Source of the DNA: Bacillota bacterium
GTDB taxonomy: Bacteria; Bacillota; Clostridia; TANB77; CAG-508
Direction: 5' to 3'
Length of the DNA stretch: 64,000 nucleotides
Assembly: GCA_963928415.1 (NCBI GenBank)
Contig: CAWVEX010000023.1
Coordinates: 10 to 64,009, forward strand
The position numbers and the translations under genes were made by a program. This document shows positions 19,107 through 29,463 of this stretch, piece by piece. The notes under the pieces are model-generated. The model made no database searches and was not told where the DNA came from. It worked only from the letters and a program-made list of their open reading frames with translations. Within the stretch, counting starts at the first letter, position 1. Every line of letters begins with the position of its first letter.

Positions 19107-19718
19107 CTAAATGTTTAATTCTATCTCATTATATATTATGTCTACTTTTAATTCGTTGTTAACATCATATATTTTTAAATTTTTTGGTTTTAAACTTGCC
19201 TTATCTATGTAAAGAATTTGTTTATTGTTATATTTGTTTAGTTTTGGCATATAAGTCATCTGTATTTTTCCATCTTCTTCTTTTATTTCTTTATCTTCTG
19301 CATTTCTATATCCTTCTATAAATGAAGTAAGAAATAAAGAATTTGTCGTAACATATGGATAATTTTCATATACCTTGTTTAAATTATATTGTGTGTTTTT
19401 CACAGTTATTATTCCATTTTCATATATTATTTCCATTCCAGCTAAACTTTCAGGTAATAAGGCTAATTGCTTAGAATAACTTCCACTTTTTACTTCTTGC
19501 TCAAATTCATAAAAGTTTGTATTTTTATTACTTATAACTGTTACTTTAATTTTTGCTTTATATGATGTTACATTTAGAATATATTGTTCAATCTCTTGTA
19601 TATTTTTATTATTTCCATTTTGCTTAGTTTTATAATTTGAATTTATAAAAAAACTAAATATTAATAAAGAAACAATTATAATAATTAAAAATGCAATAAT
19701 TTTAAACCATTTTCCCAT
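19107..19718 (-). CDS. Membrane-anchored hypothetical protein, possibly YdcC/LolA-like
   Basis: N-terminal TM or signal anchor followed by a predicted beta-rich body. The assignment rests mainly on remembered B. subtilis synteny (ydcC-alr-ndoAI-ndoA). Confidence 0.35.
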   Translation of the reverse strand: MGKWFKIIAFLIIIIVSLLIFSFFINSNYKTKQNGNNKNIQEIEQYILNVTSYKAKIKVTVISNKNTNFYEFEQEVKSGSYSKQLALLPESLAGMEIIYENGIITVKNTQYNLNKVYENYPYVTTNSLFLTSFIEGYRNAEDKEIKEEDGKIQMTYMPKLNKYNNKQILYIDKASLKPKNLKIYDVNNELKVDIIYNEIELNI

Positions 19719-19822
19719 AAAGCTTTCCTTTCACATACTTATGTATAAAAAAATATTGAAGTAAAGTACCTCAATATTATTTTTATTCAAAAGAATTGCC
19801 TTATATGAATATATTAAAATAA

Positions 19823-20794
19823 TTAATTTAAAGAATTAAAATATTCTTTTAACATATTTTCTACTTCTATTTTACGATCTAAATGATTTATTTTATCTCT
19901 TGCACTTGATGCTCCTGGAAGTCCTTTTAAATAGTAACTAATATGCTTTCTCATTTCTCTTACTCCAGTATATTCTCCTTTTTCTTTTACTTCTAATTCA
20001 ATATGTTTTAAAATTGTTTCTAATATTTCTTTATTAGGAATTTCTCTTATATATCCATTTTCTAAATATGTTCTTATTTGTTCTAAAAGCCAAGGTTTAC
20101 CTAAAGTTGCTCTACCTATCATTATACCGTCACAACCAGTTTCTTCAAATATTCTTTTTGCGTCTTGTGGAGTTTTTATATCTCCATTTCCTATTACTGG
20201 TATACTTACATTTTCCTTTACTTTTTTTATAATATTCCAATCTGCTACTCCTGTATAATATTCACTTCTAGTTCTTCCATGAATTGAAATAGCACTTGCT
20301 CCTGCACTTTCTATTGCTTTTGCGGCATCTACAGCAACTATATGTTCACTGTCCCAGCCTTTTCTTATTTTTACTGTTACTGGAACTGAAGAATTTTTAA
20401 CAACAGTCTTAACTATTTCATAAACTTTATCTAAATCTAAAAGTAGCCTGCTTCCATCTCCATTTTTTACAACTTTTGGTGCGGGGCATCCCATATTAAT
20501 ATCTACAATATCTGCAATTTTACTAACATAATTAGCCCCATAAGCCATAGATTCTGTATCACTTCCAAATATCTGAGCAGATACAGGTCTTTTTTCACCT
20601 TCCATATTTAATAATTGCTTAGTTTTTTCATCATTATAATATAGAGCTTTGCTACTTACCATTTCTGTTACAACCAATCCTGGATTATATTTCTCACAGA
20701 CAAGACGAAAAGGCAGGTCTGTTAAGCCTGCCATTGGTGCTAATATTATATTATTTTGTAATTCTACATTTCCTATTTTTAATTTTTTTAACAT
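19823..20794 (-). CDS. dusB: tRNA-dihydrouridine synthase
   Basis: LAPMAGLTDLPFR, DINMGCPAPKV, HGRTR, and 323 aa. Confidence 0.9.
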   Translation of the reverse strand: MLKKLKIGNVELQNNIILAPMAGLTDLPFRLVCEKYNPGLVVTEMVSSKALYYNDEKTKQLLNMEGEKRPVSAQIFGSDTESMAYGANYVSKIADIVDINMGCPAPKVVKNGDGSRLLLDLDKVYEIVKTVVKNSSVPVTVKIRKGWDSEHIVAVDAAKAIESAGASAISIHGRTRSEYYTGVADWNIIKKVKENVSIPVIGNGDIKTPQDAKRIFEETGCDGIMIGRATLGKPWLLEQIRTYLENGYIREIPNKEILETILKHIELEVKEKGEYTGVREMRKHISYYLKGLPGASSARDKINHLDRKIEVENMLKEYFNSLN

Positions 20795-20817
20795 CTCTTA
20801 TTCTCTTTATTTTACAA

Positions 20818-21924
20818 TTATTCAATAAAAATTGCTTTTTGTCTCCTACCACTTATATTAAGTAAAATAGCTATCATTATTAAATTACTTAAAAGTGAAC
20901 TTCCACCATAACTAACAAATGGTAGTGGAACACCTGTAATAGGTAAAAGTCCTATTGTCATTCCTATATTTTCTGTCATATGGAATAAAAATATTCCGGC
21001 TATACCTATTGCTATAAATGAGCCCAGGTTGTCTTTAGCTGTTTTAGCAACATACATTGCTTTTGTAATAAGTATTACATATACTATTACTATTGAAGCT
21101 GCTATTAAAAATCCCATTTCTTCGCCTATAACTGAGAAAATAAAGTCAGTAGTTTTAGGACTTAAATATCCAAGTTGAGTTTGGTTACCTTTTAAAAGTC
21201 CCATTCCAAGAAGTTCACCTGCCCCTATTGCAAGTTTTGATTGAGTTAAGTTATATCCTGCACCTCTTGGATCTAAATCTTGGTTAAAAAATACTTCTAT
21301 TCTCTTTTTAGCATGTTCTGGTAATACAAAAAAGTACAATAACGGTAATGAAATTGCTATAATTAAAAAACCTGCTATTATATATTTTTTATCTATACCA
21401 GCTACAAATAACATAAGTATAAATGCAACGCAAAATGCCATTGCTGTACCATAATCAGGTTGTTTAACTATTAGAAGAACTGGTATACCTATAATTGCTA
21501 ATAAAATAAGTAACCTTGTTGGTCTACTAATTTCTTTTTTACCTTTAGCTGTCATTTTTGACATTACTAAGGCTAAAACCATTATAACAAATATTTTAGA
21601 AAACTCTGCTGGTTGCAAAGTAAAAGAACCAAATGAGTACCAACTTGTAGCTCCATTAATAGGCTTAGTAAAAAGAACTCCTATTAATAATATGATTAAA
21701 ACTGCATATAAAATAGGTGATATCTTTGCAATAGTTCCATAATCAACTAATATAAAGGCAATAATAAATGGTATGCTAATTCCAAGCCATAAAATTTGCT
21801 TTTTAAACTCATCATATTCTGTATTCTGAGTTGCCGAAAAAAGAGCAATCAATCCTATTACAATTAATAGGATTGTGCATATTAATATTGACCATTCTAT
21901 ATTTTTAGATAATCTTTTTTTCAT
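20818..21924 (-). CDS. rodA: SEDS-family peptidoglycan polymerase (RodA-like)
   Basis: About 10 TM segments, TDFIFSVIGEE, PLPFVSYGGSS, downstream of minDE. Confidence 0.8.
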   Translation of the reverse strand: MKKRLSKNIEWSILICTILLIVIGLIALFSATQNTEYDEFKKQILWLGISIPFIIAFILVDYGTIAKISPILYAVLIILLIGVLFTKPINGATSWYSFGSFTLQPAEFSKIFVIMVLALVMSKMTAKGKKEISRPTRLLILLAIIGIPVLLIVKQPDYGTAMAFCVAFILMLFVAGIDKKYIIAGFLIIAISLPLLYFFVLPEHAKKRIEVFFNQDLDPRGAGYNLTQSKLAIGAGELLGMGLLKGNQTQLGYLSPKTTDFIFSVIGEEMGFLIAASIVIVYVILITKAMYVAKTAKDNLGSFIAIGIAGIFLFHMTENIGMTIGLLPITGVPLPFVSYGGSSLLSNLIMIAILLNISGRRQKAIFIE

Positions 21925-21932
21925 CTATTCCT

Positions 21933-22652
21933 CTATTTCTTTTTATTAGACTTTTTTGCTTTTGATTTAGAATTCTTTCCTTTTTTCGAATTAGATTTTG
22001 TTGAAATTTTTTCTGTTTTTGTTTTTGAAGAATTTTCTTTTTTTTCTTCAGAAGTTTCTTTTAATTCTTCTTTTTTCTCTTCAACTTTTTCTTCATTTTT
22101 CTCAATAACTTCTGCATTTTCCTCTACAGCAGTTTTCTCAGAAGAGTTTTCGGCTACATCTGTATTTACAACATTTTCTTCTACTTCATTATCTAGATTA
22201 TTATCCTCTATTTTTTCTTGATTATTCTCTGTTTCATTTATTTTCTGAGAGTTTTCTTCTTTTGGAGAATTTTGAGATGCGTTTTTCACATCTTTTGCAC
22301 TATTTATTGCATCTCCATAAGCTATATTTTTCTTATCATTTTTTATACTTATTATAGGAATATTCGCATATAATGCAGGGGCTCCTGTTGTTCCATCACT
22401 ATTTTGTTTATTAGTTAATCTTACATCTATTTCTTTTTCATCTACATCTATGTATTTTTTAATAACATCTATTATTTCTTGTCTCATCATATCTAAAAAG
22501 TCTGCTGAGACATTTGCTCTATCTTGCATAAGGACTAAGTGTAATCTTTCCTTTGCTTCATCTTTATTAGTTTTACCATCTAATTGTTCTGTTTTTTTAT
22601 TTAGTTTTTTGAAAAATCCCATAATGTTTTCAAACATTCCTATTTCCTCCAT
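21933..22652 (-). CDS. minE: MinE topological specificity factor with a C-terminal low-complexity extension of about 130 aa
   Basis: FFKK...AKERLHLVLMQDR...IDVIKKYIDV matches MinE. The likely true start is the ATG at 22637, 9 nt after GGAGG. The tail is E/K/N/S-rich. Confidence 0.75.
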   Translation of the reverse strand: MEEIGMFENIMGFFKKLNKKTEQLDGKTNKDEAKERLHLVLMQDRANVSADFLDMMRQEIIDVIKKYIDVDEKEIDVRLTNKQNSDGTTGAPALYANIPIISIKNDKKNIAYGDAINSAKDVKNASQNSPKEENSQKINETENNQEKIEDNNLDNEVEENVVNTDVAENSSEKTAVEENAEVIEKNEEKVEEKKEELKETSEEKKENSSKTKTEKISTKSNSKKGKNSKSKAKKSNKKK

Positions 22653-22658
22653 TGCATA

Positions 22659-23453
22659 TTATTTTTTAAAATTTCTTTTTAATTTGCTCCAAAATCCTTC
22701 TTTTTTTCTTCCAGGTATTGTTACTTCTACATTCTCGCCTAATATACGTCTTGCTATTTCAATATAAGCTTTTCCTGATGGAGCCTTTTTATTTGATACT
22801 GCAGGCTCGCCTTTATTAGTTTGAGTTATAATATATTCATCTTCTGGTACAACACCAATTAGGTCTATTGATAATAAATCTAAAATATCTTCTACATCCA
22901 TCATTTCTCCTCTTTTAACCATTTCTGGTCTTAGACGGTTAATTATTAATTCTGGATTTTTTATTTCTGATGCCTCTAAAAGTCCTATTATTCTATCTGC
23001 ATCACGAATTGAAGATATTTCAGCATTTGTTACTACAATTGCTCTATCTGCTCCTGCTATAGCATTTTTAAACCCTTGCTCAATTCCTGCCGGGCAGTCT
23101 ATTAAAATATAATCAAATTCCTCTTTTAATTTTCCTGTTAGTTCTCTCATTTGTTCTTCGTTAACTGCACTTTTGTCTCTAGTTTGGGCTGCTGGTAATA
23201 AAAATAAATCTGTAAATCTTTTATCTTTTATTAGAGCTTGTCTTAATTTACATTTTCCTTCAACAACATCTACGATGTCATATACTATTCTGTTTTCTAG
23301 TCCCATTACAACATCAAGGTTTCTTAAGCCAATATCTGTGTCTACTAACACAACTTTTTTGCCTCTTAAGGCTAAAGCTGCACCTACGTTTGCTGTTGTT
23401 GTTGTTTTGCCTACTCCGCCTTTTCCTGATGTTATAACTATAACTTCACCCAT
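22659..23453 (-). CDS. minD: Septum site-determining ATPase MinD
   Basis: Deviant Walker A SGKGGVGKTTT, then DTDIGLRNLD, and 264 aa. Confidence 0.95.
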   Translation of the reverse strand: MGEVIVITSGKGGVGKTTTTANVGAALALRGKKVVLVDTDIGLRNLDVVMGLENRIVYDIVDVVEGKCKLRQALIKDKRFTDLFLLPAAQTRDKSAVNEEQMRELTGKLKEEFDYILIDCPAGIEQGFKNAIAGADRAIVVTNAEISSIRDADRIIGLLEASEIKNPELIINRLRPEMVKRGEMMDVEDILDLLSIDLIGVVPEDEYIITQTNKGEPAVSNKKAPSGKAYIEIARRILGENVEVTIPGRKKEGFWSKLKRNFKK

Positions 23454-23509
23454 AACTTTCCTCCTTGCAAAATTTTACATATATATTATATTTGCATTTG
23501 CCTCAAAAG

Positions 23510-24988
23510 TCAATGACTTTTCCTATTTATATCACAATAAAACTCTACTCCTTCTTCGTGATTTTTAACCCCATATTCATTATTGTAATTATTCATAATA
23601 GCTTTTACCAAAGCTAGACCTATTCCTGTACCACCACTATTTCTATTTCTTGAGGAATCTATTTTATAAAATCTTCCCCATATCTTATTTATGTATTCTT
23701 TAGGAATGTTTTCTCCTGTATTATACACATATAATCTTACTTTATCTTTTTTATTTTCTGTCCTTATTATTATCTTCTTTTCACCATTTTTCTCTTCTGC
23801 ATGTTTTATAGCATTTGTTAAATAATTACTTACTACTTGTTCTATGTATTCTTGATCTGCATATACTATTATTTTTTTATTAGAATCAAAATCTACTTTT
23901 ATATTATTTTCTTTTATAACTACAGTATTTCTCCTTAATTCTTCTTTTATAAGCTCAGTTAGATTAAATTCTGTATCATTAAACTTTCTTTCTTGATATT
24001 CTAGTTTCATTAATTCTAATAATCTTTTTACCATTAAATCCATTTTATTAGATTCATCTAAAATAACTTCAGCATAAAATTTTCTTGATTCTTCATCTGA
24101 ATTTACATTTTCTAATAATCCTTCTGCATAACCTTGTATAAGTGCAATAGGAGTTTTTAATTCATGAGATACATCTGAAATAAATTGTTTCCTCATTTCA
24201 TCTATTTTAGATTTTTCTTCTATATTTTGCTCTAATTTAGAGTTGTTACTTCTTAATCTATTTATTGTAAGTTCTAGTTTATCTGACATCTCATTTATGT
24301 TTCTTCCTAGCATATTTATTTCATCTTCAGTATCAGATATTCTAAATCTTTGGCTAAAATCTAAATTGGCCATCCTTTTTGTTAATTTATTTAGTTGTAA
24401 AATTGGTTTTGTAAATTTATTTGCAATAACAGATGCAATTATTGCTGCAATTATAATCATAAGTACACCTATTATTAAGAGTAAATCATTAGATACTCTA
24501 ACTGTAGCTTTTATAGGTTTTACTTGAATTTTTATATATGCAGTATATCCATTATCTAAGCTTGCTTTTAACATAAGGTATTGATTATCTTTTGCATCTT
24601 CTATGCTTTGAACTATAACATTATTACGAGAATAAATTATTTTATTTCTACTACCATATATTGATTCTAATTTATTTACATTTTCTATTATTTCTTGATT
24701 AGAACAATATTCAACATTCAAATTTTCATCTAATATTAATATGTCTATATTATTTGTTTTTTCTTGCTCTCTTAGTTTATCATCAATACTATATAAAAAT
24801 ATCCCGTTATAATATTTATTTATTTCATCACATATATTAATTGCAGTATTAGTTTTAGAATATATATAAAATGTTTCTAAAACTACATTATTGATAATAA
24901 CTAAGCAAAATATAATAAGCACTATGGAAATACATAGTGTTCCAAATAGTCTGAATCTAATTGATTTAAATGCTTTATTTATTTTCAT
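23510..24988 (-). CDS. Sensor histidine kinase (2 TM, HAMP, HisKA, HATPase_c)
   Basis: H-box FISDVSHELKTPI and G-box GGTGIGLALVK. It overlaps the regulator gene by 1 nt. Confidence 0.9.
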   Translation of the reverse strand: MKINKAFKSIRFRLFGTLCISIVLIIFCLVIINNVVLETFYIYSKTNTAINICDEINKYYNGIFLYSIDDKLREQEKTNNIDILILDENLNVEYCSNQEIIENVNKLESIYGSRNKIIYSRNNVIVQSIEDAKDNQYLMLKASLDNGYTAYIKIQVKPIKATVRVSNDLLLIIGVLMIIIAAIIASVIANKFTKPILQLNKLTKRMANLDFSQRFRISDTEDEINMLGRNINEMSDKLELTINRLRSNNSKLEQNIEEKSKIDEMRKQFISDVSHELKTPIALIQGYAEGLLENVNSDEESRKFYAEVILDESNKMDLMVKRLLELMKLEYQERKFNDTEFNLTELIKEELRRNTVVIKENNIKVDFDSNKKIIVYADQEYIEQVVSNYLTNAIKHAEEKNGEKKIIIRTENKKDKVRLYVYNTGENIPKEYINKIWGRFYKIDSSRNRNSGGTGIGLALVKAIMNNYNNEYGVKNHEEGVEFYCDINRKSH

Positions 24989-25665
24989 TATTTAACCTCA
25001 AATTTATAGCCTACTCCTCTAATTGTTTTTATATATTTTCCTTTTTTTCCTAATTTATGTCTAATCTTTTTTATATGACTATCTATAGTTCTTGAATCCC
25101 CATAATAATCATAATTCCATACATTATTTAGTATCTTATCTCTAGATAAAGCTACATTTTCATTATCTAACAAGTATTTTAATAATTCATATTCTCTTAA
25201 GCTAAGTTCAATTTGCTTTCCATCAACAGATACAGTTCTTCCTTCAGTATTTATCTCTATGCCACCATAATTTTTGTTTTCTTTTTGCTTTCCTTCAGTT
25301 CTATTTAATATTGCCTTAATTCTTGCAACTAATATTTTAGGGCTAAATGGCTTTGAAATATATTCATCCACTCCAAGTTCAAATCCAAATAATTCATCTT
25401 GTTCTTCTCCTCTTGCAGTAAGCATTATTACTGGCACTTTTGATTCTTGTCTAATTTGTCTTAAAACAGACCAGCCATCTAATTTAGGCATCATTACATC
25501 TAGTAAAATTAAATTTATTTTGTTTTTATTCTCATCAAAGACTTTAATTGCTTCTTCTCCATCTTCCGCTTCTAATACCTTACAGTTTTCTTTTAATAAA
25601 AAATCTTTTACTAGTTTTCTCATTCTAAATTCATCATCTACAACTAATATAGTGGTATCTTCCAT
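24988..25665 (-). CDS. OmpR/PhoB-family response regulator
   Basis: Receiver domain ILVVDDE...LDVMMPKLDG and a winged-helix C terminus, TIRGVGYKF. Confidence 0.9.
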   Translation of the reverse strand: MEDTTILVVDDEFRMRKLVKDFLLKENCKVLEAEDGEEAIKVFDENKNKINLILLDVMMPKLDGWSVLRQIRQESKVPVIMLTARGEEQDELFGFELGVDEYISKPFSPKILVARIKAILNRTEGKQKENKNYGGIEINTEGRTVSVDGKQIELSLREYELLKYLLDNENVALSRDKILNNVWNYDYYGDSRTIDSHIKKIRHKLGKKGKYIKTIRGVGYKFEVK

Positions 25666-25803
25666 AAAATCATCCTTTCTTTAATGTAAAAAATAATATA
25701 TTGTACTATTAAAATTTTTTCTAATAATAATATTTTACATCAATATTATGTCTATTATGTGAATTTCAGTTATATGTTTGCATTATTTATTTTTATGGAA
25801 CTA

Positions 25804-27000
25804 TTATTTTTCTTTTGCATCAGTAATTTTTACAGGCTTTATATGTTTTGATTGCTTATGGTTATCTCCATTGTTTTTGTGATTCATCTTAGAATACATT
25901 TTTCCTTCAATATCTGATTTAATGTATATATTTTGACCAGGATATGCAAGTTTAATATCTTGAGTTTCTAATATATTAAGTAAAGTCAAATTAATTTTAT
26001 TACAAAAATCTTGGTATTCACCATAAGCTGTAATTTTTGTTTCTAGATAAATATATACATTAATTCCATCATCTTTAATCTCATTAAAATGTACGCTTAC
26101 TGAATTTTTTATTATATCTTTGTTGTACTTTAATATGAATCTAATTCTATTTAAAACTTTTTCTACTGTTACTTCTTCTGTCTCTAGTGGTAATTTAAGA
26201 TTTGCCTTATATATTCTTTTATTTATTACTCCCCAGTTTACAATATTTTGTGAACTAATAGCTGAATTTTGAAGAGTTATTATTGTATCTTCTGTTGTTC
26301 TTAATTTAGTACTTCTAAATGTAATATTTTCTACAGTACCAGATACATCCCCTATTTCAACCCAATCACCAATTGAAAATGGTTTATCCCCAAATATAGC
26401 TAAACCTGAAAATACATCTTTAAATGTATCCTGAGCAGCTAGAGCAATAATTGCAGTACTTAATCCTAATCCTGTTAAAATTCCGCCTAAATCATAATTA
26501 AATTCCTTTAGTGTTAAATATGCAGCTAAGATGTATAAAACTACCCTTATTGTTTTGTTTATAATATTTATCATTGGGTCATTTGCTTTATCTTTAAATT
26601 TAGATGATAATATCTTACCATTAGAAAAAATATCTGAAACAGTTTTTGCTATTATCCAAATAATTGCTATCCTATATATTTTACTTACAAAACTATTTAA
26701 ATTTTCATTTAGTCCTATTATTCTTATAGCAAATAATATACCTGTAGCTATAAAGAAATATTTTAGAGCATTATATACAATTCCTTCTTTTAATTCCTTT
26801 TTTGTTTTTTTCCAACCAAATATTTTAGCTATTGCATAGCTTATAAATGGACTTATTATAACTGTAAAAATAATTGCAACTATACAAATAATTACATTTA
26901 TTACTTGAGTTAACTCAATTGACTCAATCCATTCTATTAATTCATTAATTTTATCCATTAATGCTTTTCCTTTCGTATTAATTATGACTGTATTATACAA
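25804..27000 (-). CDS. Mechanosensitive ion channel, MscS family
   Basis: TM helices followed by PFSIGDWVEIGDVSGTVENITFRSTKLRT (MscS beta domain). Confidence 0.8.
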   Translation of the reverse strand: MYNTVIINTKGKALMDKINELIEWIESIELTQVINVIICIVAIIFTVIISPFISYAIAKIFGWKKTKKELKEGIVYNALKYFFIATGILFAIRIIGLNENLNSFVSKIYRIAIIWIIAKTVSDIFSNGKILSSKFKDKANDPMINIINKTIRVVLYILAAYLTLKEFNYDLGGILTGLGLSTAIIALAAQDTFKDVFSGLAIFGDKPFSIGDWVEIGDVSGTVENITFRSTKLRTTEDTIITLQNSAISSQNIVNWGVINKRIYKANLKLPLETEEVTVEKVLNRIRFILKYNKDIIKNSVSVHFNEIKDDGINVYIYLETKITAYGEYQDFCNKINLTLLNILETQDIKLAYPGQNIYIKSDIEGKMYSKMNHKNNGDNHKQSKHIKPVKITDAKEK

Positions 27001-27054
27001 TATATTTTTAAAAATTTCATCAGTTTTTAGATATTTTTCATTTATTATTTTCTC

Positions 27055-27084
27055 TTGTCAATCTATTTTTTTGTGTGATATAAT
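27055..27084 (+). promoter_or_regulatory. Extended -10 sigma-A promoter of the amylase gene: TTGTCA, 18 nt, TGaTATAAT
   Basis: ttgtca at 27055-27060 and tataat at 27079-27084, preceded by tga. Confidence 0.55.
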
Positions 27085-27107
27085 ATTTTTGAAAGAGGTA
27101 AAATTTA

Positions 27108-28574
27108 ATGAAAGAAACTAATGATACAATGATGCAATATTTTGAATGGTATATGCCAAATGATTGTATGCTTTGGAAAAGCCTTCTTAATGTTGGAAAA
27201 GATTTAAAAAAATTGGGAATAAACTATCTTTGGCTTCCACCATGTTTTAAATCAGCTGGTGGAATTAATGATACTGGCTATGGAGTATATGACCTATATG
27301 ATATGGGTGAATTTATGCAAAAAGGTAGCATTCGCACTAAATATGGGACTAAACAAGAATATTTAGATGCAATTAAATATTTGCAAAAAAGTGGTATTAA
27401 AGTTTTAGCAGATATTGTTTTAAATCACAGGTTTGGAGCTGATGAAAAAGAAGAAATTATTGCATATAAAGTTAATCCTAATAATAGGAATGAAGTTATA
27501 GGAACTTATAGAACTATTGAAGCTTGGACTAAATTTACATTTCCAGGAAGAAATAGTAGATACTCAGATTTTAATTTAGATTGGTCACACTTTAATGGTA
27601 TAGATTATGATGACAAACAAAAAGAGCATGGCATTTTTAGATTTTATGGAAAACATTGGAGTGATGATGTAGATAAAGAGCTTGGCAATTATGATTATTT
27701 AATGGGCTGTGATGTTGATTTTAATAATTTAGATGTTGTTGATGATTTATTTAGTTGGGGAAAATGGTTTTTAAATGAGACTAATGTTGATGGTTTTAGA
27801 TTAGATGCAATTAAACATATCCGTTCATCATTTTACAAAAGATGGCTACATGATTTAAAAAATGAAACAGATAAAGATTTATTTACAGTAGGTGAATATT
27901 TTAGTTGTAATGTTGATTATTTAATTAATTACTTACAAAAAAATGATGAGGTAAATACTTTATTTGATGTTCCTTTACATGATCATTTTAAAATAGCATC
28001 TGAAAGTTTTGGCCATTATGATATGAGAAAACTTTTTGAAGATACTCTAGTAGATAAAAGACCTACTAAAGCAGTAACTTTTGTAGATAACCATGATACC
28101 GAACCTGGTCAAAGTCTAGAGTCTTGGGTAAAAGATTGGTTTAAGCCTCTTGCCTATGCTTGTATTTTACTAAGAGAAGATGGAATACCTTGTATATTTT
28201 ATGGAGATTATTATGGAATACCTTTTAAAAATATTGCTCCAATGAAAGAAATATTAAATATTATGCTTTTAGCTAGAAAATATTTAGCTTATGGAAAACA
28301 AAGAGATTATCTAGATGATGCTAATATTATTGGTTGGACTCTAGAAGGTGATTATTATCATCAAGATTCAGGTATGGCTGTTATACTAAGTGATGCTGAT
28401 GGTGGATGCAAATATATGAATGTTGGTAAAAATCTAGCAAATAGCATTTTATATGATTGTACTGGAAATGTAAAGGAAACTGTATATGTAGATAAAGATG
28501 GTAATGGTATTTTCTATGTAAATGGTGGTAGTGTTTCTGTATGGATAAAAAAAGATAATATGTATAATTTATAA
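27108..28574 (+). CDS. Cytoplasmic GH13 alpha-amylase
   Basis: MMQYFEWY, DIVLNHR, GFRLDAIKHI, FVDNHD. No signal peptide. Confidence 0.9.
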   Translation: MKETNDTMMQYFEWYMPNDCMLWKSLLNVGKDLKKLGINYLWLPPCFKSAGGINDTGYGVYDLYDMGEFMQKGSIRTKYGTKQEYLDAIKYLQKSGIKVLADIVLNHRFGADEKEEIIAYKVNPNNRNEVIGTYRTIEAWTKFTFPGRNSRYSDFNLDWSHFNGIDYDDKQKEHGIFRFYGKHWSDDVDKELGNYDYLMGCDVDFNNLDVVDDLFSWGKWFLNETNVDGFRLDAIKHIRSSFYKRWLHDLKNETDKDLFTVGEYFSCNVDYLINYLQKNDEVNTLFDVPLHDHFKIASESFGHYDMRKLFEDTLVDKRPTKAVTFVDNHDTEPGQSLESWVKDWFKPLAYACILLREDGIPCIFYGDYYGIPFKNIAPMKEILNIMLLARKYLAYGKQRDYLDDANIIGWTLEGDYYHQDSGMAVILSDADGGCKYMNVGKNLANSILYDCTGNVKETVYVDKDGNGIFYVNGGSVSVWIKKDNMYNL

Positions 28575-28583
28575 TAGTCAAAA

Positions 28584-28616
28584 AAACTTTCAATATGTAT
28601 AAAATATTGAAAGTTT
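28584..28616. terminator. Bidirectional terminator between the amylase and cyclophilin-like genes
   Basis: aaactttcaata / tattgaaagttt 12-bp stem with A and T runs on either side. Confidence 0.7.
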
Positions 28617-28647
28617 TTATTTATTTATTTTTTTATTTATTTAATAC

Positions 28648-29187
28648 TTATTTTTTTAAAGAAAATGTTACAGTTACATCTCCTTTACCTAATATTTCTT
28701 TTAACTCATCTTGAGTTATGTCTACTATTCTACCTAATTTAGTAAAATTCCAACTATTAGTATCATAATAAATTGTTATTGAATTTCCTTGATATAAGAT
28801 TAAATCTCCTGCTTCAGTTGCAATTTGCTTGTCATTTCTAGGAAGGCTAAATCCTAAGTTTCCTACTTTTTCAAAACTTCCATAATCACTCATATTTATT
28901 GTAATATCATTTTGTTTTAGTCTTTCTGCTAGCGCTACTGCTGATGAATTATTTTCCAATATTGCAGTTAATGTTCTATTATTAACTTTTATATAAATTT
29001 GCATAGTTTCTTCTATCTCCTCATTATTCTTTATTTCTTCATCTATATTGTTATTAAAATTTTCAATAATATTACCCGGATAAAAATTTTGCTTGCTATT
29101 TTTATTTTTAATAAAACTTATAATAATTATTCCTATTAAAAATATAATTGCTATAAAAATAATTATCTTAATTAGTAATTTACTCAC
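28648..29187 (-). CDS. Membrane-anchored cyclophilin-like-fold protein
   Basis: N-terminal TM segment, then LENNSSAVALAERL...GDLILYQGNSITIYYD, typical of the Cyclophil_like2 family. GTG start 8 nt after GGAGA. Confidence 0.55.
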   Translation of the reverse strand: MSKLLIKIIIFIAIIFLIGIIIISFIKNKNSKQNFYPGNIIENFNNNIDEEIKNNEEIEETMQIYIKVNNRTLTAILENNSSAVALAERLKQNDITINMSDYGSFEKVGNLGFSLPRNDKQIATEAGDLILYQGNSITIYYDTNSWNFTKLGRIVDITQDELKEILGKGDVTVTFSLKK

Positions 29188-29463
29188 CTAATTTTTCTCC
29201 TATTTATTTTAAATATGTTTTATCCCATTTATTGACTAACTTTAATTTTTCTTCCATTTTTAACATTCCTCCCTTGTTTTTATTTTTTATTTATTATACA
29301 AGTTAGAGTAAACTTTAAGTAAAGTATTTTATAAAATTTTATAGATTATATTTTATTCTAAAAAATGTATATGATATTAACATATTTTATGCCTCCAAAT
29401 TAATGTTTCTCTACTTAAATTTCAAAAATTTTTTAATTATTTATTTTTATATTACTCATCAAA

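Noticed and set aside
29204-29257. A 17-codon ORF (MEEKLKLVNKWDKTYLK) with a GGGAGGA SD 9 nt upstream, just before the cyclophilin-like gene.
   Set aside because: It is too short to evaluate from sequence alone, I recognise no conserved peptide family, and it could be a chance ORF in the leader. It would be worth revisiting only if ribosome profiling or conservation supports it.
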